Positions 1 through 13,475 of a stretch of DNA of 64,000 bases are shown here, one piece after another (position 1 is the stretch's first letter; each line of letters opens with the position of its first letter). The translations under genes were made by a program, and so were the position numbers. Origin of the DNA: Octopus vulgaris (lineage: Eukaryota); NCBI GenBank assembly GCA_951406725.2, contig OX597825.1, forward strand, positions 19,406,001 through 19,470,000, in the 5' to 3' direction. The notes under the pieces are model-generated. The model did no database searches. It saw only the letters and a program-made list of their open reading frames with translations, and was not told the origin of the DNA.

Positions 1-682
1 GGACTAAGTGATTATAATCAATTTATCTCGTTAAAAACGAGGTGTAAATAAAAATAGAACAAATAGATAGAAATATTTATTTTATCTATGAAAATATATA
101 TTAGCTTATAGAAGAAAATAACAAACTAAGCATATCATTACTGGAAAATTAAAGTACAAGTAATTAATACAAAATATTTAAAATACACAATATACATTAA
201 GTGAAGCTAATTTACTATAATTTAATCTATATCCGTTAAAACATTTATTTATATATTTATATTATAATAAGAGATAATAAACATCTAAGTTTAATCTAAT
301 TCAAATTATGTAATAAATACTAAAAAACTTCATACTAACATATATACATAATACTACTACAAACTATAACTACAAGAATTAAAAATAGAAAAACGGTTCG
401 AATATATACACACAAATTAGTTAAACTAATTATATAATTAATTCAATTTATGTATAGATTTATTATTTCACTAATTTATAGAATTAACCTGTTTCTATTA
501 TTATTAAAGTATTTACTTAAATGCAATATTGCATAACAAATAAAAACATTACTACCTATTTGATAACATTTTGGCTTACAAATTTATTTCTCAAAGGCAC
601 TAGGCCCGAACCCATGTGCTTACAAAGAGAGCTCCATATCCACCAGGTGGCTACTCAGGTGCCATGCATTCATGACCAATGC

Positions 683-857
683 AAATTACTGGTGTTACTT
701 TCATAGTATTAATGCTACATGGTCTCAGCTAAACAACAAAGCAGTGTCAAACATAAGCTATCTTAGATTTGTCTTACTCTACCTTAAATAACTGGTGTGA
801 TGGCTGTCTCCTACGCTGACACGATTTCTGACATCATATGGAGATGGGTCGAACTGT

Positions 858-892
<35 letters not shown>

Positions 893-1333
893 AAAGAGTG
901 AAAAAACTACAGAAGGCTTGTCTTATAAAGTTAAAGTATATATTCAAGTCGTTCTGTTATAAAAATGTTATAAAATTTTGTGTATAGTAACATAGTGTTT
1001 GGAGAAATAACCGGTTTTGTATTTTCTTTTCAAATTTCTCAAATTTATTTACCTACATCGTGTTATGTCTATGTTGTGAAATATGGGGTTCCAGGCAGGG
1101 GAAGGTAATCAGGGATTTCTTATATATAATCAGGGATTTTTTATATATATATTATGTAAATCAGTTCGACTCATCTCCACATGATGTAAGGAATCGTATT
1201 AGCATAAGAGACATCCATCACACCAGTTATTTGGGGAAGAGTAAGACAAATTAAGACAGCTTGTGTATGCTACTGCTTTGTTGGTTAGCTGAGACCATGT
1301 AGCATTAATGCTATGAAATGAACACCAGCAATT
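683..1333. mobile_element. Foldback/MITE-like element: ~170-bp inverted arms (683-857, 1162-1333) around a (TA)n-flanked insert
   Basis: tggagatgggtcgaactg (840-857) is the reverse complement of cagttcgactcatctcca (1162-1179) apart from one mismatch; homology continues outward (attaatgctacatggtctcagctaa / ttagctgagaccatgtagcattaat). Confidence 0.7.
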
Positions 1334-1811
1334 TTTTTCTAATTTGAAGTCCACATATTAATAGAGGATGTTGACAGGATGCTCGCACTAGCTTGAAGAG
1401 TCGTTACATTTTACTCGCTTCAGCGACATTTTGTACCGCATAGGGTTTCGTGGGATATTTGCACGAATCGGTAGCGCAGTGGCTATTCAGAGGAATTAAA
1501 TATTAATGGTAGAAGATTGTACGTCGTGATAACCAAATTTGATGGTGTTTAGCTACACATGTGGCTTATAGTGTATACTGGTGGAAGAGATTAAATAGCA
1601 TGCCCTTGCTCAAAACTCACCTAATGTAGTGAATTTCCACTTCCCTTAAGCGGTATTGGTTGATTCGGGGCTACTGTAGAAGATACGTGCCCAAAATGCT
1701 CTGTAATGGCGCTAGGCCCGAACACATGCGCTTACAAAGAGAGCATCATAACCACCGAATGGCTACTCAAAGATTCATTCAGGTGCCATGCATTCATGAA
1801 CGATGCAAATA

Positions 1812-2024
1812 TTGGTTTCAAATTCTGGCACAAGGCCATTAACTTCGGGTAACGGAAAAATCGATTACATCAACCCCAGTACTCAACTGGTACTTATTTT
1901 TTCGATCTCGAAAAGATGAATGGCAAAGTCTACTTCAGTGACATTTCAACTCAGACCGTAAGGACGGACGGAATACAGCCAAGCATATAGCACAGCGTGC
2001 TAACGATTCTGCCAGTATACCGCT
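1812..2024 (-). mobile_element. SINE family B, diverged copy
   Basis: Reverse complement matches the family-B core (ggcagaatcgttagcacg...gagttgaaat...gactttgcc...ttcatc...aagtaccagtt...ctgggg). Confidence 0.75.
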
Positions 2025-2194
2025 TTAAATCCATGGAAATACTAAACACATTGACCTTGAGTTTATGGAATGATTTGTCTTCTTAATCATTGAATTTCAG
2101 TAGCGTTCAAATCATCTGACACAATACATACATGTGTGTGTGTGTGTGCGTGCGTGTGTGTGTCTATGTGTGTGTATTTATGTATATATCAATG

Positions 2195-2427
2195 TCTTTT
2201 ACTCTTTTACTTATTTCAGCCATTTGACTGAGGCCATGCTGGAGCAACCCCTTTTAGTCGAGCTAATCGACCCTACGACTTATTCTTTGTAAGCCTAGTA
2301 CTTATTCTATCGGACCCTTTTGTCGAACCGCTAAGTTACGGGGACGTAAACACACCAGCATCGGTTGTCAAGTGATGTTGGGGGATAAACACAGACACAC
2401 AAACACACACACACAGACGCACACACT

Positions 2428-2476
<49 letters not shown>

Positions 2477-2659
2477 ATATATATGTATACATATATACGT
2501 CGGGCTTCTTTCCGTTTTCGTCTACCAAATCCACTCACAAGGCTTTGGTTGGTCTGAAGCTATAGTAGAAAACACCTGCCCAAGGTGGCACGCAGTGAGA
2601 CTGAACCCGGAACCACGTTGTTGGTAAGCAAGCTACTTACCTCACAGCAACTCCTGCGC
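2195..2659 (-). mobile_element. SINE family A (tRNA-like head, internal microsatellite, gtaaaaga tail)
   Basis: Full-length reverse-complement match to the copies at 19259 and 46465. Confidence 0.9.
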
Positions 2660-3358
2660 TTATATGTATAATATTGTATGTATGTATGTATGTGTGTATG
2701 TATGTATGTATGTATGTATGTACGTGAGTATGTATATACGTGTGTGTTTCTGTATGTGTGTTTGTGGGTGCGTGGGTGCGTGTATTGTATCAGATTATTT
2801 GAACTTTACTAAGATCCAAAGATTAAGAAGACCGAAAAGAAAGCAAGTTCAAACGGTCATCGTATATTCTCGCGGATACACCGCGCATCGAAATTTTGTT
2901 CCGCAAGTATGTTTTCCATTTCATCAGGAGTCAATTGCAGCTAGGTTTACATCAGCAATAACATCACAAATATACTGGGAGGAAGTAACACATTTCTAAA
3001 ATCTCTGATTAAGCTTAATTGATACATAGAGTTTCCAACATGTTTACATTCAAATTCAATTGATCCCGGAATATGTTTGCATTTTTGACTATTCAGGACG
3101 CATTTCATCCAAAGAAAATCACAAATTGAAGATAAATTAAACCTAAAACGCTCTAAAATTCATTCATCCTAGATTCTAAATATAAATTTCAATTTCTAAT
3201 GATTCCAGATTGATGATATTAAACGGTGGAGGCGTATAGATTCATATCTATCTTTCTAGTTATGTTTTTTTTAGTTTTATAGCGTTATGCTTTAAAATCA
3301 TTTGCTATGAATGTATGTGTGCATGTCTGTGTGTGTGTGTGTGTATAAACATGTATGC

Positions 3359-3466
<108 letters not shown>

Positions 3467-4099
3467 TATGTATATGCATATGAACACGCATATATCTACA
3501 AAAAGAAGTTCTAAACGTATAAATATATATGCATATATTTATATATATATATATATATATGCATTCACACGTACACACACAGACACACACACACACACAC
3601 ACGCACACCACACCACATACGCGGTTTTAAGCTTACGTCCGTGTTTGAGATTTCTGTAAAGATACCTCAATAGTACTATATGAAATTTAATGTGTTTTAT
3701 ATAAAACGTTCAAGTGTATCAAAATCAAACGAAAATTTTTTGTATTGAATTTATTGCTTCTGTTTATTTTTCTGTTATCGTTTTTTTCTGTTATTTATTC
3801 AATGATTTTTTTACATTCTTATTTTTTTTTAGGTTTTGTAGTGTTAGTACATACTTCTAGTTATAATTTTTACATATATATATTTCTCTAAAAATTTAGA
3901 GACTCCGTGTTTTTCAATGTCTTTATCACTGCCATTAACTGAATTAAAAGTTCCAGCACGTTTCCCAATTTCACATATATAAATATATTTTTATATATAT
4001 ATATATTTCCATATGTACACTTACATACGTACATATCTACATTTATATGCATACATATATAGATAGATAGATAGGTATATATGTATATATGTATATATG

Positions 4100-4130
<31 letters not shown>

Positions 4131-4779
4131 ATATATATCTATACATATATATACACACATATATATATACACATATACATATATACATACATATGCATGC
4201 ACAAATATATAAAGATTATATATATATTATATATAATATTTATATAACATAATATATATAGATATATATAAATATATATATATATAAATATATGTGGGTG
4301 TATTGTATACATTTATACATTTATACATAGACATATGCATACATACAAACACGCACACACACAGACATACACACAAATATATTGATATGTAGGTATGTGT
4401 GTGCATATATACATATGTGTTTACAAACAATTATACGTATACTGCTGTCATTTGATATGAAGGCATCTGCGAAAGTTTTAGTGCATTTTCCATTCTGCAT
4501 AGATCATAAACCAATTTGGCTGAATATTTCATATCAAATATTATCAAACAGATCTATGATTGAAGGCAACCTGGTCGACACAAGTTTATAATATTTTTTG
4601 AGGGTTGCAAATGTAAGATTATCTTATCTGCCCCCCCCCTCCTTGCTGTAAATGGCCGATGTAATTTTACGAAGATTTCACAAACTTTTTTTCTAATAGA
4701 ACGAGAGTATATGTATATGTTACCACAAAGGATGTTTTTTTTTTTTAGAGATATGACAGACTCACTGAGCTTGTATTGA

Positions 4780-4977
4780 TTTCAAACTTTGGCACATTGC
4801 TAGCAGTTTTGAGGGAGAGGCTGAATCGATTAAATCGGCCCCAGCCATCAAGTGGAACCTGAAATGATTAAAGGTAAAGTCGATGAAGGCAGAAGTTGAA
4901 CTCACAACGTAAAGACGGCCGAAATGGCGCTAAGCGTTTCGTCTGGCACGTTAAAGATTTTGCCGGTTCAGTGCCTT
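4780..4977 (-). mobile_element. SINE family B, old degraded copy
   Basis: aaaggtaaagtcga...gaactcacaacgtaaagacgg...gctaagcgtttcg resembles the family-B reverse strand. Confidence 0.6.
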
Positions 4978-5227
4978 ACATTGAGTGTATATTGGAATTA
5001 CATATTTAGGAGAGTACAGCCTTTATTTCGGAATACGTAAGCTTCTGAACAATTATAAAATTGATGATCCAAATTTGGTAGGTAGTATTTCGACTGTAAG
5101 TTAGTTATGTCTTCGTATGTTTTTGAGTAACTAACAAATGACTATTTACTTCATCAGTTACATACACCCTAGTTCGCACAGAACGCTGTTTGAAGATGAT
5201 ATAGGCACATATACCAATTAAATTATC

Positions 5228-5319
<92 letters not shown>

Positions 5320-5339
5320 CATTATTATTATTATTATTA

Positions 5340-5372
<33 letters not shown>
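5228..5372. repeat. (TTA)n microsatellite
   Basis: Directly visible; flanked by direct repeats attaaattatctt. Confidence 0.95.
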
Positions 5373-5373
<1 letters not shown>

Positions 5374-5850
5374 ATTATCTTATTACCATAGCTGCAGTTG
5401 ATTGTCGACTTAATATATCAAACTGTCTGCATGCCAGCGAAGGGTAATCTCGATTGCTACCAAGGGCAAAAGTGGTGTTAGATTCCTTCATTTTACGCTT
5501 CAGGGATTAGATTTCATGATACCTTTCTTGGACTGTGATTATGTAAAGCATTTCAGATTGATATAGTCACACTTTTATTCATGGAACGAATTGTAACAGA
5601 TATGTAGCTTATTAAAAACAATGATCAAACAATTACCAAAGTGTAATGCTGCGATACAAAAAATCTCTGATATATGGGTATGATCAGATCCCAGTTGAAG
5701 AATCAGCTGGATTGAATTGACACAAACTTGAGATATTTCTCAATGCCAAGGCGTCCTTTCATTACATAGTAAAGAATTCAGATTTCATCCTCTTGAAATT
5801 TTCCTTCCTTTCTAAGTAAGTAAAAGAAGCACCAGTTTAATAGTCTATTG

Positions 5851-6270
5851 TTTTCTAGGCACAAGGCTCGAAATTTAGAGGAGGGGGCCAGTCGATTAGA
5901 TCGACCCCAGTACGCAACTAGTACTTAATTTATCGGCCCCGAAAAGTTGGAAGGCAAAGTCGATCGGCGGAATTTGAACACAGAACATAAATACAGACGA
6001 TATACCGCTAAGCATTTCGCCCGGCGTGCTAACGTTTCTTATTTCTTAATTGCCTACAGGGGTCTAAACACAGAGGAGACAAACAAGGACAAACAAAGGG
6101 ATTAAGCCGATTACATCGAACCCAGTGCGTAACTGGTACTTAATTTATCGACCCCGAAAGGATGAAAGGCAAAGTCGACCTCTGCGGAATTTGAACTCAG
6201 AACGTAACGGCAGACGAAATACCTCTAAGCATTTCGTCCAGCGTGCTAACGTCTCTGCCAGCTCGCCGCC
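5851..6270 (-). mobile_element. SINE family B, dimeric full-length copy
   Basis: Head ggcggcgagctggcag on the minus strand; two internal copies of the gtcgactttgcctttcatcc-type core; imperfect TSD agcaccagtttaata/agcatcaatttaata. Confidence 0.9.
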
Positions 6271-6634
6271 ATAGCATCAATTTAATATTAGTATCAGCCT
6301 AATCTACTGAAGCCTTTTACTGAAGCCTTTTACTTCTGTTAGAAATCAATTTTCTATCATACAAAAGGTAAAATACATTTAATCAAGGCGGGTTCTTAAA
6401 TACTCAAATGAGGACACATATTGCTCGTGTAGTGGATTAAAAATTAGTCTCAAGATCTGGATCACATCCAAAGAAGCTATTAAATATTATGAATTGTTTG
6501 TTTTGTGGCACATTTATGCAGCGAAATTCTCTTTCAATCACCAAATCCTATGAGATGATATATGGTGTGGACAAAGCATAGCTGTTACATGCCTAAATTT
6601 CGAATATATACAGACATATACGTATATATATATA

Positions 6635-6863
6635 TTTCTTTATTGCCTACAAGGGGCTAAACAAAGAGGGGACAAACGAGGACAGACAAAGGGATTAAGT
6701 CGATTACATCGATCCCAGTGCGTAACTGGTACTTAATTTATCGACCCCGAAAGGATGAAAGGCAAAGATGACCTCGGCGGAATTTGAACTCAGAACGTAA
6801 CAGCAGACGAAATACGGCTACACATTTCGCCCGGCGTGCCAACGTTTCTGCCAGCTCGCCGCC
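6635..6863 (-). mobile_element. SINE family B monomer
   Basis: Family-B head and core; flanked by direct repeat acatatacgtatat. Confidence 0.9.
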
Positions 6864-6896
6864 TACATATACGTATATGTAGATTATGTCTGTGTA

Positions 6897-7212
6897 TTCC
6901 ACCGAGGTCGACTTTGCCTTTCATCCTTTCGGGGTCAATTAAATAAGTAGCAGTTACGCACTGGTGTCGATATAATCGAATTAATCCGTTTATCGGTCCT
7001 TGTTTGTCCTCTCTGTGTTTAGCCCCTTGTGGGTAGTAAAGAAAAAGGTATTTCGTTTGTCCTTACGTTCTGAGTTCAAATTCCGTCGAGGTCGACTTTG
7101 CCTTTCATCCTTTCGCGGTCGAGAAATGAAGTACCAGTTGCTTAATTAGGCCGATCTAATCGAATGCTCCTTCCCCAATATTTCGGGCCTTGTGCCTAGA
7201 GTACAAAAGAAT
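6897..7212 (+). mobile_element. SINE family B, 5'-truncated dimer
   Basis: Two gaggtcgactttgcctttcatcctttcg cores; 3' end cttgtgcctagagtacaaaagaat. Confidence 0.9.
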
Positions 7213-7704
7213 ATTTTATTATAATTCTATTGGGCAATTTTATTGAATAATACACTGTCCACTCTTATATCTCTCTTACTAACCTATCTTCATTCCTATC
7301 ACCATATTTCTGTTCTTTTTCTCTTTTTTCCTCTTTTTCTTTTTTTCTTTCCGACACCCTACGACAGGAATCCTCCATATCCTGAAAATCCGAACAATAC
7401 TTGCCTGATAAGCCTGAAAATATTCAGGCAAACTCGACCAAAGTAAGAAAATATTATTAATATCTACTTTTGATCGAGTATCCTTTCTTCCGAAAGTCTA
7501 CAGTAAACGGATACATGCACACATATACACAATTACTCCCAACACACTCATGTATGCATGTCTGTATGTATACATTTATGTATGTATGTGTGTAACTATG
7601 TATATATGCATGTATGTAGGAGAGCAGAGGAATACAAAAGATTCGGTATATCTTTATATTATAACATCCTAAATTACACACACTTACATGTGTATGTAAA
7701 TATG

Positions 7705-7763
<59 letters not shown>

Positions 7764-7764
7764 T

Positions 7765-7798
<34 letters not shown>

Positions 7799-7801
7799 CG
7801 C

Positions 7802-7837
<36 letters not shown>

Positions 7838-7845
7838 CGCGTTTG

Positions 7846-7904
<59 letters not shown>

Positions 7905-9705
7905 ATATATGGATATAAGAATGCGATACAATATCTGAAATATAAAGAACAATACAAACATAATCGATTCAATCACTGAAATTTTAATTCCATTTCTCTC
8001 CTTTCAATCTTATCTTCAGCAACAATCCGTACCAGTAATGTAACGAAAGGAGATATTTAACACCTTAGTCTAACATCCATACAGACATGCAGTCAGACAG
8101 AACGATGCGCGTATTCTATTGGTATATGTCGATAACTTGAGTTATCAAAGAAGGAATCTACTATTAATTACTCACTGGCAAATTACATATTCACAATAAT
8201 TATTGGTAATTTCCTTGGCTGTGTAATTCTTTAGAGGGCCATGTAATTATCGCGTGAGTAAATGAGTGAGCAAAGGAAAGAGAGAGGGCTGAAGATGGGG
8301 AAAACGAAAGAATGATGGTTTGTTATCATCCAATACTTCTTGTCTATCGCTTTATTCATTTGTTTTAAAATCCCCAACTTCCGGTTTGATGCAACAAGCT
8401 TTAATATATACGATACTTCTTTTGAAAGTTTCACACAAATTTTTAAATTCCATTTATTTCTAAGAAATTTTTCCCCTAAGGATTCTTTTATGATAATTTG
8501 TGTTGTAGGTTTTCGTTTGTATTTTTTTAATTATTCACATTTCATTGAAGTCATTTTTGGCAGAGATGCGATATGGTTGCTTTAATTATAATTTTAAATA
8601 GTTTCATTAAAATTACATTTTTGCTTTCTTTCTTTTAATTTGGTTGCATGTATTTTCCCCCTTTCTTACATTGATTCGTTCTCAAGTAAGTTTTCTTTGG
8701 ATTCTGTCTTTCCCTTTGAAGGATTCACTCTCCTTTTTCTTCCTCTCTCTCTCGCTTACACACTCACTCATTCACTCACTTTATATATCTATCTCCATAT
8801 ATCAATATAACTCTCTCTCTCTCTACATTTTGCTCTCATTTGTTTTGTTTTTTTGTTATTATAGTTACTCTTTTCTCTAACTTTAACATGTATTTTCTGA
8901 AAGAAATTTGGTGGAAATCAATATAATTTTAATACGTTTTGTTTTTAAATTTATATCTCGTTGAAATCAAGGATATTTAGAAATTGAGGGAAAAAATCAT
9001 TACAGTATAATGTTATCTCGCATTTTAGCGTGTTTCATAATTTGTATTCTGTCATTATATAACATTTCAAGGAAACAACACACTGCTAAAAATCAATACC
9101 ATGTTTTCATCACTACACTTTGGAGGCAATACATGTTATTATACATGCAACACTGTTTAGAGATTAATTTAATTATTCATGCTAAATATCCAGGTATATA
9201 GAAACATGTGTCAGATAATTTAGCAGACTATGTTCACTATTCAACAACACTGAGTTCAAATTGAAATAATTAATGAAACACTCGTCCTTCACTTTCAACA
9301 CAATGTTGCAAATAAAATATTGGCATCGATTATATTTATTAGCTCCTGAATTTAGATTCTAAGGAAGTTAATTATGATCGCTACAAAAAAATATCGGGAG
9401 ATAAGATAGAACTGTACGTCACAGTGGACATCTAATGATCGTACATTCTCAACATAGCAAGTACTGCACTCCAAATACTGGCTTTCTTCTTCAGTAATCC
9501 ACGTTTTCAAAACTTAAGAACCCATAGCAATACTCATTTGTATTGTATCTGGGACGGCGTTTTCACTGTACATACGGTCTTCTGTTATTATTTCTTGTTA
9601 AATTACAACTAAGTAGCAGGTATTCGATCACCAACAGATTCTAGTATATTGAGCACAGGCTACTATGCTTCCTCTCTCTCTCTCTCCCTCTCTCTCTCTC
9701 TCTCA

Positions 9706-9998
9706 TTTCTTATTTCTTTACTGCCCACAAGGGGCTACACACAGAGAGGACAAATGGATTTAGTCGATTACCTCGACTCCATTATTTAACTGGTGCTTAA
9801 TTTATTGACTCCGAAAGGATGAAAGGCAAAGTCGACCTCGACGGAATTTGAACTCAGACCATAATGGCAGACGCGAAATACCTATTTCTTTACTGCCCAC
9901 AAGGGGCTAAACACGGAGAGGACAAACAAGGACAGTCAAACGGATTAAGTCGATTATATCGACCCCAGTGCGTAACTGCTACTTATTTAATCGACCCC
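9706..9998 (-). mobile_element. SINE family B, partial multimer
   Basis: Two tttctttactgcccacaaggggcta units plus the core on the reverse strand. Confidence 0.85.
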
Positions 9999-10109
9999 GT
10001 TTTTGCTCTTCATTTCCTTTTCCTTTTTCCATCAACAGTTCCTACCCCAACTCACGACCTGGGTGTGTATAACTTTCATCAATCGTTTCCATTCACAACT
10101 TAACTCATG

Positions 10110-10800
10110 ACCCATTGAACGGACTCGTCCAAAATGAAATAACATTTGTATGGTATTGTGTGTTAGAGGTGTTTGAGTATATATTTAGTAATTCAATAAA
10201 ACAGTTCTAATCTAGCAAAAAAAAAATCGTGGACAAGTTCCCGATACACATTTTATGAGATCATTATACGAATATGCCTTCGGCTTCGATGACTGCTACT
10301 ATGCAGGACTGGAATTGTTGACATGCCTGCAATAAAGAGAACTTTTTCATTTCGCACATCATTTGGACAATGGCAGCATTCAGTAAAGGTATGGTATTGT
10401 GAGTATATCGATTAGTCACCCTTACAACAACACTCCCAAACTTGTAGACCGTGGAATTTAAGGCATGTTTGGTGTTACATGACTGTAAAAATTGTCGGAC
10501 ATTCACTCTTGGCTACGTCGTGTTTGTGAGAAGGTGGTGCTGTGCTTTGTACTTCTTCCATTGAAAGCCTTATAGATGTATCCAGCAACACAATGCATAC
10601 AGCAGCATTAATTTATGAGCTTGTAGAAAAATGTAAGATGGCAAAACAAGTTCTTCCTTACCACTGTTTCTAAAAACCATTACATTTGCTGGGGACGTAG
10701 TTTGTATTACCCTGATGATATCAGAGAATTTGCATATAGCCATCTGTCATTTCTCTTGATATACCTTTTGTTTTCGCCGAAGTTTTTTCCATCAAACAAT
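10110..10800 (-). pseudogene. Decayed Tc1/mariner-superfamily (maT/DD37D-like) transposase, C-terminal part
   Basis: Minus ORF 10264-10506 ends LLQACQQFQSCIVAVIEAEGIFV, resembling the ACxxFxxRxxAVIxAxG C-terminus of these transposases; frames are broken upstream. Confidence 0.6.
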
Positions 10801-10804
10801 AACG

Positions 10805-11019
10805 TATTTCTTTAATACCCACAAGGGGCTACACACAGAGGGTGCAACCAAGGACAGATAAACGGGTTAAGTCGATTACATCGACCCTATTGAGTAACTG
10901 GCACTTATTTAATCGACGCCAAAAGGATGAAAGGCAAAGTCGACCTCGGCGGAATTTGAACTCAGCACGTAGTGGCAGACGAAATACCGCAAAGCATTTC
11001 GCCCGGCGTGCTAACGATT
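10805..11019 (-). mobile_element. SINE family B monomer
   Basis: aaaggatgaaaggcaaagtcgacctcggcggaatttgaactcag core. Confidence 0.88.
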
Positions 11020-12109
11020 AAGCATGTAGTGTTGGATACATGTATGGAGTTTGTACCTGAATATGGAATGAAGATTTCGAATTGAAGATTATTCTGTGGA
11101 TAGAATGGAAAATGAGCATGTGGATGGTGACGTAATTCATGTATGAGAAATAAAGGTGAGGAGAAGGGACGGAGAAGTCATGGACATAAAATTATGTGGA
11201 GGATTGGAAGAGGTGGATAAAACGCAGGACGTCACGTTCGCAATTGCTTAATGAAACAAAGATAACTAAATGTTTTATTTAGTTTAGTTTCTCCATTGTG
11301 TCTCATTAACAGAAATGGAGTTGTAGTGACGTCATAATAGGATATTTCACATCGAATTTTTACGATTTTTGTGGTTGTTGCTTTTTCGAAAATGTCAGAA
11401 TTCTTAAAAGAGTTACCATGATTAATATATTTAATGATATTAGAGACGAAAGAGAGTTGTAATCATTCCAAAATGATTTTCTTTATACTAAAGACTCTGT
11501 CGTTTATCGCGTTTAGTATATGGAGTTATATAGTTCACAGGACAGAGTCTATTGTGAAAAGGATGATGCCTGTATAAAATATGGAGCAATGGAAGTCTCA
11601 AATGATAAACGAAGAATTTGGATTGTTTCACTCGATGAAAATTGGGAACAGTTGCACGTTCGAAATCTCCTCCAATGGTAATTAACTTACCATGTGAAGT
11701 GAAATGCATTTATATGAATTTGAGATGGACATCACGAAACAACCAGCATCTCAGTTTAAAGATGGTTAAATGAAGGAGGCGTTCACCTGGAAATTATACG
11801 CAGCGGTTATGGACATACCTATGTATCTAAGTGTAGTTCGTGAGCATGAACATAGCTCATGACCTCACATAACAGAATGTTTAAAATTGTATTGCGTCAG
11901 TACAAAAATAAATGTTTACTCAGAAGCAATATGATTCTATAATTAATAATTCTAATTCTTGTAATCTTTCTTTATCCTCGTAAACTTATTGGTATTAGAC
12001 GCAGGATATATATAGGAATGTACGCATTTTCGTACGTACAGACCAGTGAGTGTGTATGTGTGTGTGCATACGTATAACATATATGTATGAATTAGCGTAG
12101 GTGTATATG

Positions 12110-12175
<66 letters not shown>

Positions 12176-12190
12176 TTTCTTTTATTTTTT

Positions 12191-12613
12191 TCTTTTACTT
12201 GTTTTGGCCATTTCACTCCGACAATGTTGAAGCACTGGCTTTAGTCGAAGAAATCGACCCTAGGACTTACTCTTTGTAAGCCTAGTACTTACTCCGTCGA
12301 AATCTTTTGCCGAACCGCCAAGTTACAGGGACGTAAACATGCCAACATCAGTTGTCAAGCAATGGGGGGGAGAGGAGACAAACACAAGCACACAAATACA
12401 CACATATATATATATATATGTGCACGTGTGTGTGTGTGTGTGTGTTTTTACGACGGACTTCTTTCAGTTTTCGTCTACCAAATCCACTCAAAATGATTTG
12501 GTCAGTCCGAGGTTATAGTAGAAGACACCTGTTGAAGGTTCCACGAAGTGGTACTGAACCCGGCACCATGTGGCTGCGAAGCAAGCATTTTACCACTCAG
12601 CCACTCCTGTGCC
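12191..12613 (-). mobile_element. SINE family A
   Basis: Full-length match to family A with an internal (TA)/(TG) tract. Confidence 0.88.
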
Positions 12614-13094
12614 TATAAATACACACACAAGTACCGTTCAAGCATTCTGGAGTAATCCAAGTTATGGTCAACCGCATGTAATATTGATTAATATTGATAT
12701 ATACATTCGAGGTAAGTAATCACAGTATATTTCATCCAATGGGTAAATCCTGGTTTCGCTTCGTTTGATTATAAACTGTTTACTGAATGTATATGCAAGG
12801 CAATCAAATAAATAAAAATAATTATACATCTAGAATTTTTGTCATTACAGTCAATTACACAACATATATTATATATGTCTTAGTCCGACATGTGTTTCTT
12901 TTGTATGGATATCTCATAATGCGGTTTATATTCGAAATGTCTTCTAAAGAAAAGTTGATACTGAGTTACTAAAGATACAATGCTCGAGTAAAACTACGAA
13001 AGTCTGTAATATACACGAGGCATCTTTTAGAATAATTAACATGAACGAAGAACAATCCACAACCAGCATACACACAGGATCTTCAAAGGATTTA

Positions 13095-13475
13095 AGGCGG
13101 CGAGCTGGCAGAAACGATAGCACGCCGGGCGAAATGCTGAGCAGTATTTCGTCTGCCGTTACGTTCTGGGGGGAGTTCAAATTCCGTCGAGGGCGACTTT
13201 GCCTTTCATCCTTTCGGGGTCGATTAAATAAGTAGCAGTTACGCACTGGGGTCGATGTAATCGACTTAATCCGTTTGTGTGTCCTTGTTTGACCTCTCTG
13301 TGTTTAGCCCCCTTGTGGGTAGTAAAGAAATAGGTATTTCCTCTGCCGCTACGTCCTTAGTTCAAATTCCACCGAGGTCGACTTTGCATAAATTAAGTAC
13401 CATTTGCGTAATTAGGTTGATCTAATCGCCTAGCCCCCTCCCCAAAATCTCGTGTCTTGTGCCCAGAAGAAAAAA
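13095..13475 (+). mobile_element. SINE family B dimer with 18-bp target-site duplication
   Basis: Starts ggcggcgagctggcagaa (A-box-like) with gagttcaaattcc (B-box-like); TSD ggatcttcaa(a/t)ggattta at 13077-13094 and 13476-13493. Confidence 0.92.

Noticed and set aside
2830-2910. Possible mariner fragment (VIVYSRGYTAHRNFVPQ)
   Set aside because: Single short, degenerate motif with no supporting flanks.
9400-9590. Possible old R4-like C-terminal remnant on the minus strand
   Set aside because: Similarity needs several assumed frameshifts; too weak.
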